Below, one piece after another: positions 37,001 to 51,612 of a stretch of 64,000 nucleotides of DNA. Each line of letters begins with the position of its first letter. Position 1 is the first letter of the stretch. This DNA comes from Ruditapes philippinarum (lineage: Eukaryota). A program made the position numbers and the translations under genes. Below the pieces are notes generated by a model. That model saw only the letters and a program-made list of their open reading frames with translations, made no database searches and was not told where the DNA came from. The stretch covers positions 62,001 through 126,000 of the forward strand of contig NW_026852935.1 in NCBI RefSeq assembly GCF_026571515.1, given 5' to 3'.

Positions 37001-40000
37001 TTTTTAAAATGTCCCTTCCCAGTTAATATACATTACGTATATCATTTTAGCGAAGATCAAAGCCATCATGACTCACACTTGAAAGCCTCGGTATATGTTA
37101 TTCTGTTTCAAAAGAATATTATAAATATATTTTGATAGTCTGAAACAGCTTGTTATACAATTGGCAGTTCTCAAATGAAACTATTTTTAGCTTTTAATGT
37201 TCATTTATTTTATTGAAAAACTAATAACGTTTCATCATAGAAAATTGTCAGCTGGTAAAACTTTGCAACACACAAAGAAATAAATCAAAGCTACAAAATT
37301 TTCAGACAAAACGTCACATTTTGGAAGGAACGTCTTTTTAAAGTCAGAATGCCAACAAATGGAAAAAATGAATTGCAGCCATTGGCAAAAAACAAAAACA
37401 CAAACCAAAAACCAAAAACAAAAACAAAACAAAAAACAAATCAACTCTAGGAGAAGACAGGGCTTATTTTTCAAAATAGATTGCAGACGACTAGACTAAA
37501 TATATATAAGTTGAAATAAGTAAGCACATGCTAACGTTATGTCTTGCTGTTATTAATGATTAACTGTTTATAAATAAACACATTTTTACTTAAAAGAGAT
37601 AATAATACATTGATTTGAACTTCTTTATTTTTATTTGTTGTATTTGTATTATATTTTATGTTTGTTTATTTCATTTACAATTCTGATTTTAACTGATAGT
37701 GTAAACGTAAACTATCGCTTTTGGCATCTTAATAATAAGCCAATATCTGATCTGATGCTATGCAGATGTTGTTGCCATAAATAATTTCTACGATAACCAA
37801 CCATATGAGATGAAAACAAAACATCATAATTGTGTTTGTTTAAGTTAAGTTGCAAGTAAGCAAATGATTCTTTCCACTTTGATTACCTTTTAATTTTCCA
37901 GTTCTGAGCACAAAACTAACGACGTCAAAGATATTTTCATATTTTGTCCGTTTTTATCAAAGACAGCCGCAAATGGGAACCAGCTCTAGTAATAAACACC
38001 CACACAAGTCGGATATAGAAACAGCAATGCCAATTTGAAATATATTACTTGAATACGATTCTGATAAAAGTATGGATTGACCAACAAAAGATATAAAGAC
38101 ATTTTTCTAATACACTGGATACAGGAACAACCGAAAATAAAAAGGAAAAACATTTATTGAAAGCGATAAAAATATCGAAGCAGTTGGCATATTTTACTTT
38201 GTCTGATTTTTTTTATTGTAAAACTCTATTACGCATCATAAAAGAATACTTCGAAACAAATTTTATTTTAATAACAATTCCAACTTTCATTAAGCTGTTC
38301 TTTAAATTTGGCATTTATCCCCTTTGTTCAAAACAGCTATTATGTTTGGAGTTAACCCATATGCATGATTTGCAGGGAAACAAATGATGCTGGATTCAAA
38401 TTTACAGTGTTAGCCAAAATGTTTGTCATAGTTGATTAAGCTGTAATATAAGCATATGTAACATAAGCTGGCTATTTATAAAGTTAAACTTTGAAGTATC
38501 AAGTCAAAGGCAAACAAAATAAATTTTATCAAAACTTTAGCTTGAAACAATCAATATTATTGCAACGAGCTGTCGCAATAATTTTGCATTCAGCTCTTTT
38601 GCATTGACGTCGATACATATTCACTGTGTATTCTCTGAAAATATAATATTACCGAACATGTATTCTTCTTTACATACTGAATTTAAATTTAAACCATGTT
38701 TGGCGTTGATAACGCTCACGAAATATTTATGTTCATTGATGCAGGTCTTTTAAAAAGCAATCTTAACTTTCTAAACCTAACACTTTCAATTTAATTCATC
38801 GTCAGCAGTGATGCACAGTCCGGCTACCACCCGTGTCAGCAGAGCTCAATATTTAAACATTATTTACATTGGCATTTAGGGAAAAGTAAACCTTCACACA
38901 GTTATATCTGACTCTCAATATGATATTTGTTGCATGTCTGTTTCACATTTATCTATAAGAAAGACAAACTTTTAGTATTAACAGTCTAACAATTTAAAAC
39001 GTCTCTCAAAAACTGCACTTAAAACTAGACAGTAACAAAGCTATAACAAATCTTATGTTTGTTATAATGTTTATTCTTTACTTTTCCCATGCTGTATAAT
39101 CATCATTATGTTTTCAACATTTCAGCATAGTGTAATTGAAACAATAAATAAATGTATTAATGTTGCATCAGGTATTATATTAGATATCAGTAGAATAAAT
39201 CATAATATGGATTGCACATATCACTATTCTGTCAGTACAAATTTTGATTTTTAAATGTAAAAACCATTTTAAAGATGGACAAGTCCATTTGATATATCTA
39301 TAATGGTAAGGGAAAATATATGATGCTAAATTATTACGGAAATATCTGTCTATGTTTAGGTCATATGTACATTAGGCAAAGTTCAAAGTTATCATTTTTT
39401 GAAGGCAGGAGTAATTAAAGAACAGTGTTATACAATATAATTTTGATAACTACAGAAATGAAAAAAAGTCTATGAAAATGATTATCTTTTTTGCATATCA
39501 TACAAATGAAAAAAAAATGAAATCTCTCTAGTATACTGTTGCAAATGGGACTTTATCAAATTACTGGAACTGCAAAGGTTAAAATCTCAGCCAATTCTCT
39601 TTTTCGTACCAGTGTAACATCCCATGCTTTTTTGCATACAAGACAGAGTCGTCTTTTCCGCCGAAAATTGAAGAGTATCATCGGCCTGTTATCCTCTACC
39701 AACCATTGGTAAACCCGAACTTCATCGTTTCCCAAAACAACTATCAATATCAATAACTGGCACACAGTTTGATTAACAAAAACACTTTCAAGGGATTTCT
39801 TTCAATCGTCTGAATCGGTTATAATTCTAGACATAATAAATCATTAAAAAAATTGTAGACTTGTGCGGAACGATATTGTTTGCAATATGGTATTGATATG
39901 ACATAAATATTTCCAATGACATTCTGCATTGATGGTAAAATGTATTTCTCCAACATTATATAATAGTCCGTTACCATTTATGTTTGCACTTTGACTAAAA

Positions 40001-43000
40001 TGTACGACTGACCTGAAAGGTAAAGAAAGTATAAAGTCATATAAATAAATAAAATATAAATAAAGCATACGTTTTAACGTTTACATATATTGCGTTTTAT
40101 TGTGAAAGTAATGCAAATTCCTCTGGCGTGTAAGGAATATTGTATGTCAGATAACAAAGATAAGTGGTAAACAAATAGAATTCTATATCAATTTTGGTCT
40201 TATTGAAGGATTAAGTTCAGCTGAAGTAGTTTACCAAGACAAGTTATAATACCGTTTTTTAACTACTGCTGTTTCAGTTATTCATACGTTGTCGGCACAT
40301 TTAATACTGAGTTATTAGGCAAGTTACTCAATACTTGACTTGTGTAATAAATATGACAAAGAAAGCAATTAGAAATAATCTGATGCAATTTTGGACAAAC
40401 AAACTTTTCATACAATAATGAAATAAAACAATATAATTTTAAAAACAGGATCAGGTGGTGATTTCAGACGCAAAAAGACAAATCATCTGTCGATTGCCGG
40501 GATGAAATAAAGTATTCCTTTGTCATTGCAGAAGAACAAACCTGTAGGGAAGATCGCAATTTCTTTTACTTTGGCACAAATCTAAGGCTGATGTCTGTTT
40601 ATACGAGCAAATTATCCATTTTATTGCCTTTTTCGTTCAAAAGAGCTATTATTTACGAGCGATCACATATGTACAATTTTCCTCGAAACAAATGATGCTT
40701 GGAATTAAAGATAGCATTGTTGTACAAATTTCATGTCTAAGTTTACTTTCATATATTTACCGTTACATAGGCGGAAGCTATATTGTCTAGATAAAACATA
40801 TTAATATATAAAATAATATTAAGAAAGAAAAACTGACCAAAGTTATAGCTGTTAACAATCAAAGCAGTCAATTGGATACAGCTGTTTTGCGTTTAAGTCG
40901 GTTGAATCATAAACACTGGATATGCTTTAATAAATGAATTTGTATTCTCGAAAGGTACTATATTATCGACTGCTTATTCTTCATTAAAAACAGACAAAAG
41001 GAAATCCAACCATTGTTTGACATTGATGGGTTTTTAACTACCGACTATTGGACATTTATATCAAATTGCTCTTTTTCGAAGATGTAACATAAAAAACTTT
41101 GCAGATTTAACTATGAGAGAAAGTAGGTCACACTAGCGCTATAAACAGAGAAAATGTGCGGTACCAGCGAGTCAAATCTCGAACATATTTCGTAGTCCGT
41201 AGCACGAGTTGAAAAAAAAATCTCATGCAGTATATTATTCACTAATAATTATATATTACAAGTGTTGTCAAACATAGAGTGATATTAAAAGCCTTAATAG
41301 CCTTTTTATGCAAACGCAATGTCTAGATAAAGAATTAATTGCACAGTATATGTGACATAGGCCGTCAAAGAAATCTCATTTATAGTTTTATAGCATCTTG
41401 ATTGCAGCATAATAAATTGTGTTGATTTAAATGTCAAGATAAATTTATTAGGCGCATATGTAAATTTTGACACTTTCAGAGCGTAATCTTTGAAATGAAT
41501 TTTGCAGGTCGCACAAGTTTATCTTAATAGTGCGCCATTTCAATGCAAATCATACAAGGTGCCAATTCTTTTAAGCATCTTTATTGTATATGCGATTGTC
41601 AATATCTACAAATGGTACCTTCCTAAAATGTTATTGCCAAATTTTACTTAATTCGCATTTGTATATACGTTTTTTATCTGTCTTTTCAATAAATAATTCC
41701 ACAATTGACATATCCTTCTTTCATAAAGACAATGTAAGTTGTATCCCCTTTTGTATTTTTATTTCTTTTTGCTTATTTACATGTTTCCCATTACTGTAGG
41801 TTTTTATATAGTTTATAATTTTAGCGAATACCAATGCCTTCATAAATCAGCTTTGATACTAGGAAATAAAGTTTGAATTGTTTGTCCTAAAATAAACATA
41901 ACGTCTAGAGATAGAATTTATTGCATAGTATATGTGACGTAGGCTGTCAAAGATATCTCATTTATAGTTTTATAGTACCTTGATTACAGCATAATACATT
42001 GTGTTGATTCAAATGTCAAGTTTAATATAGTAAATAAATTATATAAATTTATTTATCTATTGCTATTGTAAGCAATGATTTACCAAACAGTTTACTGTGC
42101 ATGTACATTTATATTATTTTTAAACTCATGATAGAAAATAATTTATCACAGATTTATAAAGAAGAATGTTCACATGCAAAAACGTTTATATATTTTTTTA
42201 AATTAACGCAGGAAAAAATAAGTAAATAATCAACACTGGAAAACCGTAACAGACAGGATGAATTATTTCGGAAAACAATGACAATTTAAAACGAGTAAAA
42301 GCGAAGTTGGCTTTCCATAATATACATTTAATTTTATTTTAGTCTCTGACTATCGCGTGTGTTATTTTTCATCGCTCATTAGGGATATTCTCCTCTTAGA
42401 AAATTTGTATGTGTATGCACAACAGCCAGACAGACTTTAAATAAATTTATTTGATAATGGTTCAAGGTTTCTGTAAACGTCCGTTACGCAAAAAGACAAA
42501 GCAACAATTAACTGCCACGTGCCGAGACAAAATAAAGTATTTTTGTATCGTAGCTGGTGCTCAAGTTACTGATATAACATGCCATTTTGCTTATTAAACT
42601 ATTTCAGCTATTCCCATATATCAAACGAATGTGTATCTTGTTAAATAAAGAAATTAATTATTATAATTATCTTTTAAGACTTGTGAAGTTCTATATTAAA
42701 AGCAGGTGTGTCGTGCACTTGATTTGACATTAACGCTGAACTAGGTTATGCAGTTTTAATGGAAATGGAAACCTTGAAGATTGCCAAACACGGTGTAATC
42801 ATAAGGTCATAGTATGATGTCACATAAGACTTCAATCATCAGACGAAAGTTTAGTGCCAAGTGCCGATACAAAATGAAGTAGTTGTTGTTTTTTGTTTGA
42901 GAATAAAACTTGGGAGTGATTTCCTTGAACAAGACTAATGTCTTATTATACGACTTAATTATCTGTTTTGTGGTCTCTTTTGTTCTGAACGGTTTTTATT

Positions 43001-43524
43001 TACGGGCGATCCCATATGTACAATTTGCCTAGAAACAAATGATGTGGGGAATTAAAATCGACATTGTTGTAAAAATTGTATGTTTTATTTTGTTTATTTC
43101 TTCAGTTTTCCGAAGATTTATATATGATGAAACAGATTTATGTAAAGTTATTAAAAATTTAAATTATATTACATCTTCAATTTGAAACAAGCAATACAAA
43201 GAGCAGTCGCAACCATTTTAGATACATCTATTTTCCATTTATTCCATTGCATTGTAAACACGGTATAATGGATTTATAGAATCTATCATTGGGTTAGATA
43301 GAATATACATAGGAACCTATATATAAAAATCTTTTAAATATTTTATGTTTTAAAAACTCGGGGCGGTTGACTTTCTATGGTTGACAAAAAGCATTTTACC
43401 GTTCGCAAATAATTTCTATTGATCCAGTTAAAAGACATGTGTCAAAATATTCTTGTATTATAGTTTGGGGACCTTTCTGTTGAAAACGTGTCATAGTTAA
43501 ATCAAATATATATACAAGCACAGT

Positions 43525-43815
43525 AAGTTAACTGGAGTCAGTTATTAGTTACCCGCACTCCAGAGAATACCCATTGATTGGCTCATTTTTGCTAGGGGTT
43601 TACTTATTACGACGACAAGGAAAGGGAAAGCTAAAGCGAAAAAATATCATATTCAGATGCTCGTTCATTGGTTACTTTTTTCTGGGGTTTCATATTGTGA
43701 CAACAGGGGACGCGTTTTTATGTTTGACTATGAGAAAGAACATCAAAATACTCGGCGATCAGATTCGTACACGTGGGCTACGCCCCCTCGTACAAATCAG
43801 ATAGATATGGATTTC
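43525..43815 (+). mobile_element. Second copy of the short Helitron/Helentron-like element
   Basis: Near-identical to 33785-34080; gggctacgccc hairpin at 43775-43785. Confidence 0.55.
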
Positions 43816-44914
43816 GATGCTCTTTCTTTTACTTAATCAATGAAAATAAATTCAAATGAAATTATTCACCAAGAAGCAATATTATCATAATAAAAAAACA
43901 TCAATATTAAAGGTGGAAAATGTCATAATATTAGTGTTTATGAAGTATTCAGTCCAAACTTCAATGGATGACAAAAAACATTTTTTCGTTTGCGAAGATT
44001 TTTCTGCTTATTTAGTTATTTCGATTAAAATATTAATTGAAATAAGATTCGTCATCAAAAAAATATCGTTATCATAACTAGTTGAGTGTTTACAAGGCAA
44101 AGTGTCACAATAGTAGTGTTTACGAAGAGTTTTGCGAAATTCAAGGTGTTCTATTCGAAAAAGAAAGAGTCAGGCCTAAGTAGAGTTAGACTCTATTTCG
44201 ATTCCATGGACAGTCTAATAGACTAGTTCTCATTTTTAAAATACATATAGCCCTTATGAAGCTTTATTCTTGTTAAAATAGGAGTGACTATCACGTATTT
44301 GTAGGAATACGTAAAGAAATGTTGCACGTGGATTGTGTGATGAGCCCATATCAGATAAAATTTTCCAGCACCGATAGTTTTAGAAATATTTACTAGCTTT
44401 TCTATCCGGTTAGAGAGAAAATTAAATCCACTGATACTCTCCGGATAAAGTTGGTATTCCCGAATTATTATTCTGCATTAAGACAACGGAATAGTTTCAA
44501 TTTAAACTTGGTTAACCATTTATAACACATACGATATATTTTATGTAAAGTGTTAGTTTAAACACCCCTCGAAAGCAATATATTTACAAGTGTTTCGGGT
44601 TACATAACGTTAAGATGATTCTCTAGGCTAGTTAACCAACTTCAACCAATCCCATATATTTCACCAATGTGAGTGTGAGTGCTTTGTTTGTTTAAATAAT
44701 TAAAAAAAAAGATCTCTTTAACGTGTGAAGATTTTATTAAAAGCAGCTGTATCCTGCTATTGATTTGACAATAACTAGGTTTGCATTTTTAGTGAAAATG
44801 TTAACGTGAAAGATCGACGATCACGGTTAAATTAATAATGTTGAAATTTTAAAGTCACATTACACGGGTTTTCAATTCATCTTAAAAGTTTCAGTTTCAT
44901 GATCCAGCCAGTGA

Positions 44915-46450
44915 TTTTTGCGACGGACGCGCCCTCAGGCGCGTTCAGAGCCTTGTCATCTACACATGGGATTTCGTCGGCTACAGTCGCGCAATGTGTC
45001 CTCAACCGAATAACAGCCCACGAAATAGTACTTGAATTTGATCCTATGAAACTCCCATACTCCGTCGGGATATCTTAAAAAACTTCCATATTTAGCCTTT
45101 TCAATTTCAAATTAAGTTATCCAAGTTAAAATATAAACGTATTTGATTGATAAAAACGCTGTACACCCGTTGTATTATTGCGCAATTATGCAAATAACTG
45201 CTGAAACGATTTACCGCTGTCGAAAAAGTAGGACAGCAAATTATGCTATAATTAAGGAGTAAGCTCAATAATTCATAGAAATTATAAGCAGGAAATAAAT
45301 ATTTCCCCATTAAACAAAAAAAAATTATTAACATATGAAATCAAAAGTTTTTCGTGACTTTAGAATAACTCGCGCATTAATAAAAGAAGAGCTCTTTTCG
45401 TGACTCATACCGCGGGTTTAGCTGAATATCCAGCAGTTATTGATAAATTAGACTACAGTACAATAGTTAGTATTATAAATATCTATTTTTGAAAATGCAT
45501 GTAACAAGGGAGTTTTTCAACACTTTACCACCATGTAGTCTTTCATGGTAATCTTTATTAAAGGAAGTTATAATATCAGTTCTACTTCGATTCTTGTGTT
45601 TTGTTTACATAGTTTTCTAGGTCACGATACGAGTTAACCATGAGATAATAATAGCCTTCGACCAGAAGATAACACTATTCTAAAAATAGATTCTGCATCA
45701 TAGATCTGTGCTGACTTTCGGACGAGTACACATTATACATGTAATAAACTAGCGGATACTTACTTTGTTTACATGCAATACTTTAATAAATTCTATACAA
45801 TTGTAAGAAGCAAACAAGTTGAAAATGGAATTTAGTGTGAAATTGAAAGGGACAACTAAACACTGTAGTGCTTAAGTGACGTAAATGAAAAACATCTAAA
45901 ACAATACACCATTAATTGCTGATGATTTTAACCAAAAATAGTTTTAATGAGACATATCCAAGAGAAATAAAAGTACAAATGAGCCGCGTCATGACAAAAC
46001 CAACATAATGGGTTTGCGACAAGCATGGATCAAGACCAGCCTGCGCATCCGCGCAGTCTGATCAAGATCCATGCTGTTCGCTTACAAACCCTATAACAAA
46101 TAGAGAAACTGATAGTGAACAGCATGGATCCTGATCAGACTGCGCGGATGATATTTACATATCATTTCTTGGAATAAATCGATACGGACACTGATTTACA
46201 AGTTTGATCAGAGTTTTTAGGCATAAATTTCATTCTGTATTTAAAAATTTGGACTTGTTCTGCTTGAAAGTAGAAAATCTGAATTATATCAGATTGGGAC
46301 ACATAAAATATATTGCTCTACAAATCTCGAACTTGTATGGAACAAATTTTCTCTGTTATATCTTTTGTGTTTGTTTTTTTTTTCTATAAAAAAGCCTTAA
46401 TGTCTCTCCGGTTGCATGTCCGTCGCATTCAGTGCTGCAGCACTTTGATT
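44915..46450 (+). mobile_element. HINE-type element without a satellite array, private to unit copy 3
   Basis: ttttt-gcgacggac-gcgccctcaggcgcg (subTIR plus hairpin) ... gtccgtcgca-ttc-agtgctgcagcact (subTIR plus perfect palindrome at 46431-46444)-ttgatt. The flanks are contiguous at 21551-21610 in copy 1. Confidence 0.8.
45978..46150 (+). mobile_element. Truncated palindromic MITE nested in the HINE (related remnant at ~54436-54500)
   Basis: aatgagccgcgtcatgacaaaaccaacat... with long internal inverted repeat catccgcgcagtctgatcaagatccatgctgttc / gaacagcatggatcctgatcagactgcgcggatg. Confidence 0.8.
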
Positions 46451-47815
46451 ATAAGGGTTACTTTTAGGAAAAGAAAACCTAAACGCAGATTTATGTTACT
46501 TGAAATATGCTTTTTGATATATGACTGTTTCTAATTCATCATTTAGTTAGACTGTAGTACAGAAATGCTTATGAACAACATAAAAGCTTTATTTAAGCCC
46601 TCTGTAATTTTAAATAATATTTACTTTATGCATATACATGTCTAAACTAATTATAAAGGCCTTATTAAAAATAACCAATACTTACTTATCTCTCATTTCA
46701 ATTAAGATTTGTTATGTTAAGACCGGTTAAAAAGGTTTATCTAGAATAAAATTGAATATAATGATTCTGACAATATCTGTGAAACAGCCAAAATTGAAAA
46801 ATGACCCGAGTAATTATTTAATATCCATTACCAGTGTTGTAATATCTATTTATTAACACTTTGCGTGACGTTTGAAGCCTCTATAGCCATTGTATGCAGA
46901 CGTACTAATTTGATGTAAAATTTATAGCATATGTGACACAGACTATTAAACACATATATTTTGGGAAATTTATTTGCAAGGTAGTTAATATAACTTGATA
47001 AAATATATTTTGAATTGATATGTTTTTGTTGGTTAAAAAAAATAATGGCAATATATTTCTATACCATTAAAATATAGCACGTAATATAGACATTGAAGGA
47101 CAACATATAGGACTATTATTTGACGAAGGAAATATTGAAATAAAAGGACAAAATATAAGAATATTAATTTACGAAGGTAATATTAAGATGAAAGTACAAC
47201 TGTAACATAGGATTCCTTGCCTTACGCTAGTTAACCTTAAAAGACAAAATGTAGGAATACTTTTACAAGAAAGAGATACATGGAAAGCACGTAAATAGTA
47301 CGACTTTTAACTACAATGTGGTCAAAGAAAATACTACAGAAAATGATCAAGCTGAATTGTTTTCAATGATTTTTGTTAGAACAAAACAATAATGCATAGG
47401 TAATTCTTATAACGAAAAAGTCCAACATTTATCTTAAAATTAATCATATATACTCAATAATGACACTTTTTATTTGGAGAGTTCTGTAAAAGATTAAGAT
47501 AAAGTAATAACATTTATTATAATAATCAAATTATTAAACGACATTTATATACCTTAAAAGTCATGTATTGGATTTATCAAATTTTAGACCATTTCCCTGT
47601 TTAAATATGATAAATACATTTCTAAGAAAATGTAGCACATAAGCAGGTTAGATTATGTACAGTCCTAATACTCGCACATCTAGAATAACCAATTGCACTA
47701 TTTCTTAAAAAGCGACTCTACTTTTTTCCCCTCAGTGGATTTAAAACAACTTCATGTCTTATTTCGTGCCTTTTAAATCTATCTTATAACAGCTGCAGCT
47801 GTTTATGATAAACTG

Positions 47816-48410
47816 GAGGGATCACTTTGTTTCCAGATTTTTATACTTCACAACAGCAGGTGTCAAGTGCTGTGTGGCAGCTGTAAAAAGTTGACCAGTA
47901 CTTCAGGTGTTGTTATATTTTTCTGGTCCTTCGGGATCATTGATGCCAGCACTATTGAGTGTTGAGAATTGAGAACCGCTCAAGCCGGTGTTAGAGGGTG
48001 TGAGGGATGTTGCACATTTTCATTATCCCTCATGTACAGACTCAATCAAACCGAGTCTGCAATTCTTTTGTAATTTTGTTGTGATTAATGCTTCCGAGGG
48101 ATCACTTTGTTTCCAGATTTTTATACTTCACAACAGCAGGTGTCAAGTGCTGTGTGGCAGCTGTAAAACGTTGCCCCGTACTTCACTTCAGTGTTGTTAT
48201 ATTTTTCTGGTCCTTCGGGTTCATTGATGCCAGCACTATTGAGTGTTGAGAATTGAAAACCGCTCAAGCCGGTGCTTGTGGATGTGAGGGATGTTGCACA
48301 TTTTCATTATCCCTCATGTTATAGACTCAATGAAACCGAGTCTGCAATTCTCTTGTAATTTTGTTGTGATTAATGCTTCCGAGGGATCACTTTGTTTCCA
48401 GATTTTTATA
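47816..48410. repeat. ~280-285-bp tandem repeat, ~2.1 copies, inserted only in unit copy 3
   Basis: gagggatcactttgtttccagattttata at 47816, 48096 and 48381. Absent from the homologous site at ~36240. Confidence 0.9.
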
Positions 48411-51251
48411 TGTTCTCCATGAAATGTAAGGAAACATATTTGATTGACTTCTACTAAAAGCCGGCTCTTTCACATTTTGTTGATGGAAACCTTGGCACTT
48501 GCGTTGTTTGAGCCCTCTACCCACCAAACAAATAAACATATCCGATTTAAACCAACATGGTTGTTTTTCAAAATCAAGAAGGTTGCTAGAAGGTTGGCAA
48601 TATGATAGGCACGATTAATTGGGTCACCATTAACTTCATAGTAGAGCAATCATTCATGATGTGCCATTTCGTGGAAGAAAATACACGAATTGATGTTTGA
48701 ATAAAGTTATAAAGTTGTAGCTACGTCATTATGGTGTATTCGTATCGAGATAGTATCCAAATGAAAATCTTAACGGCAACAATTCCTGACGCTTCTATGT
48801 AGAAAAAGTTTAAAAACTGGGTCAGTTAAGCGCTTATCTCTGAACACATCAGGATAACAATTGAAGAATTTTCCACGTTATTGTTTAAAGATATCTACGA
48901 GAACCTAGAATTGCTTAAAAACACTATAATTGTGTATAAAATTGCCAATATCTCTAAAATATATGTTTACATATGTATCAATAAGGATGATAATTTGCCT
49001 TACAAAACTAGTATTAATTCATTTTATTTTGTTTAATTTGTAATGTTGGATTTTCATTAAATGAAGTGCAACTTATATCTTTAAGAACACCGTATTATTC
49101 ACTATGGCTTAAAATTTCTTATTAATATGTTCCTACTCAATTAATATTCATCAAGTATATCATTTTAACATTTTAGCGAAGATCAAAGCCATCATGATTC
49201 ACACTTAAAAGTGATAATAATACATTGATTTGAATTTCTTTATTTTCATTTGTTGTATTTGTATTACATTTTTGTTTGTTTATTTTATTAACAATTCTGA
49301 CTTTAACTGATAGTGTAATCGCAAACTCTAAATGTAAAGTATCGCTTTTGGCATCTTAATAATAAGCCAATATCTGATCTGATGCTATGCAGATGTTGTT
49401 GCTATAAATGATTTATACGAAACAACAAACCATATGAGATGAAAACAAAACATCATAATTGTGTCTGTTTAAGTTAAGTTGCAAGTAAGCAAATGATTCT
49501 TTCCACTTTGATTGCTTTTTTAATTTTCCAGTTCTGAGCACAAAACTAACGACGTAAAAGATATTTTCATATTTTGTCCGTCTTTATCAAAGACAGCCGC
49601 AAATAGTAACAAGCTCTAGTAATAAACATCCACACAAGTCGGATATAGAAACAGCAATGCCAATTTGAAATATATTACTTGAATACGATTCTGATAAAAG
49701 TATGGATTGACCCACAAAAGATATAAAGACATTTTTCAAACACACTGGATACAGGAACAACCGAAAATAAAAAGGACAACAATTTATTGAAAGCGATAAA
49801 AATATCGAAGCAGTTGGCATATTTTACTTTGTCTGATTTTTTTATTGTAAAACTCTATTACGCATCATAAAAGAATACTTCGAAACAAATTTTATTTTAA
49901 TAACAATTCCAACTTTCATTAAGCTGTTCTTTAAATTTGGCATTTTATCCCCTTTGTTCAAAACAGCTATTATTTTTGGAGTTAACCAATATGCATGATT
50001 TGCAGGGAAACATGCTGGATTCAAATTTACATTGTTAGCCAAAATGTTTGTCATAGTTGATTTAGCTGTAATATATGCTTATGTAACATAAGCTGGCTAT
50101 TTAATAAGATTAAACTTTGAAGTACCAAGTCAAAGGCAAACAAAATAAATTTTATCAAAACTTAAGCTTGAAACAATCACTATTATTGCAACGAGCTGTC
50201 GCAATAATTTTGCATTCAGCTCTTTTGCATTGAAGTCGATACATATACACTGTGTATTCTCTGAAAATATATAATATTACCGAACATGTATTCTTCTTTA
50301 CATACTGAATTTAAATTTAAACCATGTTTGGCGTTGATAACGCTTACGAAATATTTATGTTCATTGATGCAGGTCTTTTAAAAAGCAATCTTAACTTTCT
50401 AAACCTAACACTTTCAATTTAATTCATCGTCAGCAGTGATGCACAGTCAAGCTACCACCCGTGTCAGCAGAGCTCAATATTTAAACATTATTTACATTGG
50501 CATTCAGGAAAAAGTAAACCTTTACACAGTTTTTTCTGATGCTCAATATGATATTTGTTGCATGTCTGTTTCACATTAATCTATCAGAAATACAAGCTAT
50601 AAGTGAAAACAGTCTAACAATTAAAAACATCTCTCAAAAACTGCTCTTAAATCTAAACAGTAACACAGCTATAACAAATCTTATGTTAGTTATGATGTTT
50701 ATTCATTACCTTTCCCATGCTGTATAATATCAACATTTAAGCATAGGGTAAAGAGAAACAATAATTAAATTCATTAATGTTGCATCAGGTATTATATTAG
50801 ATATCAGTAAAATAAATCATATCATGGATTGCACATTTCACTATTCTGTCAGTACACATTTTGATTTTTAAATGTAATGAATAGTTTTGTTTCATTTTAG
50901 AGATGGACAAGTCCATTCTATATATCTATAATGGTAAAGGAAAATATATTGAGCTAAATTATTACGGAAAGATCTGTCTATGTTTAGGGTCATATGTACA
51001 TGAGGCAAAATTCAAAGTTATCATTTTTTGAAGGCAGGAGTTGATTAAAGAACAGTGTTATACAATATTATTTTACTGCAGAAACGAAAAGAGTCTATAC
51101 TGATGATTATCTCTTTTGAATATCATACAAGATACAAAAAATGTTATCATTCTCTAGTATACATTATTCACCATTTACTTGTAAGCCACCTTTTGTTGCA
51201 AATGGGACTTCATCAAATTACTGGAACTGCAAAGGGTTGAAATCTTGTTCG

Positions 51252-51415
51252 TGAAACAAGTTCGTGCAACTTTTATTAATCACCTTCGAGTCCACTTCCT
51301 TGAACCGACCAGTACTGGTGCCATATGACGAATCATGGTCATGAGTCGATTAGGGCTCGAACAAATGATTCTTGGGTTGAGAGGCAGACACCTTAACCAC
51401 TAGGCCACCGCTCCT
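51252..51415 (-). mobile_element. tRNA-derived SINE (same insertion as 28786-28952, duplicated with the unit)
   Basis: The - strand reads gagcggtggcctagtggttaaggtgtctgcctctcaaccc...tgttcgagccc. Confidence 0.85.
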
Positions 51416-51612
51416 CTACATGAAATTCAATTTTGTGGGATTTCTTTCAGTCCCCTGAATCATAATAATCCTAGACATAATAAATCATGGAAAACTTACA
51501 GGCTTGGCAAGATGCTATTTATAACTATATAGCCCGTTACCATTAATGTTTGAAATGTTGCAACTGAACGAAACATATAAACCAAAGAATAGCACCACGA
51601 ACTTTGACTAAA

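Larger units (their letters stand above)
29190..40050. repeat. Large tandem segmental unit, copy 2 (~10.9 kb)
   Basis: 31400-35150 and 35800-38880 closely match 41110-44900 and 47380-50510. 38880-39230 is nearly identical to 27990-28340. Confidence 0.9.
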
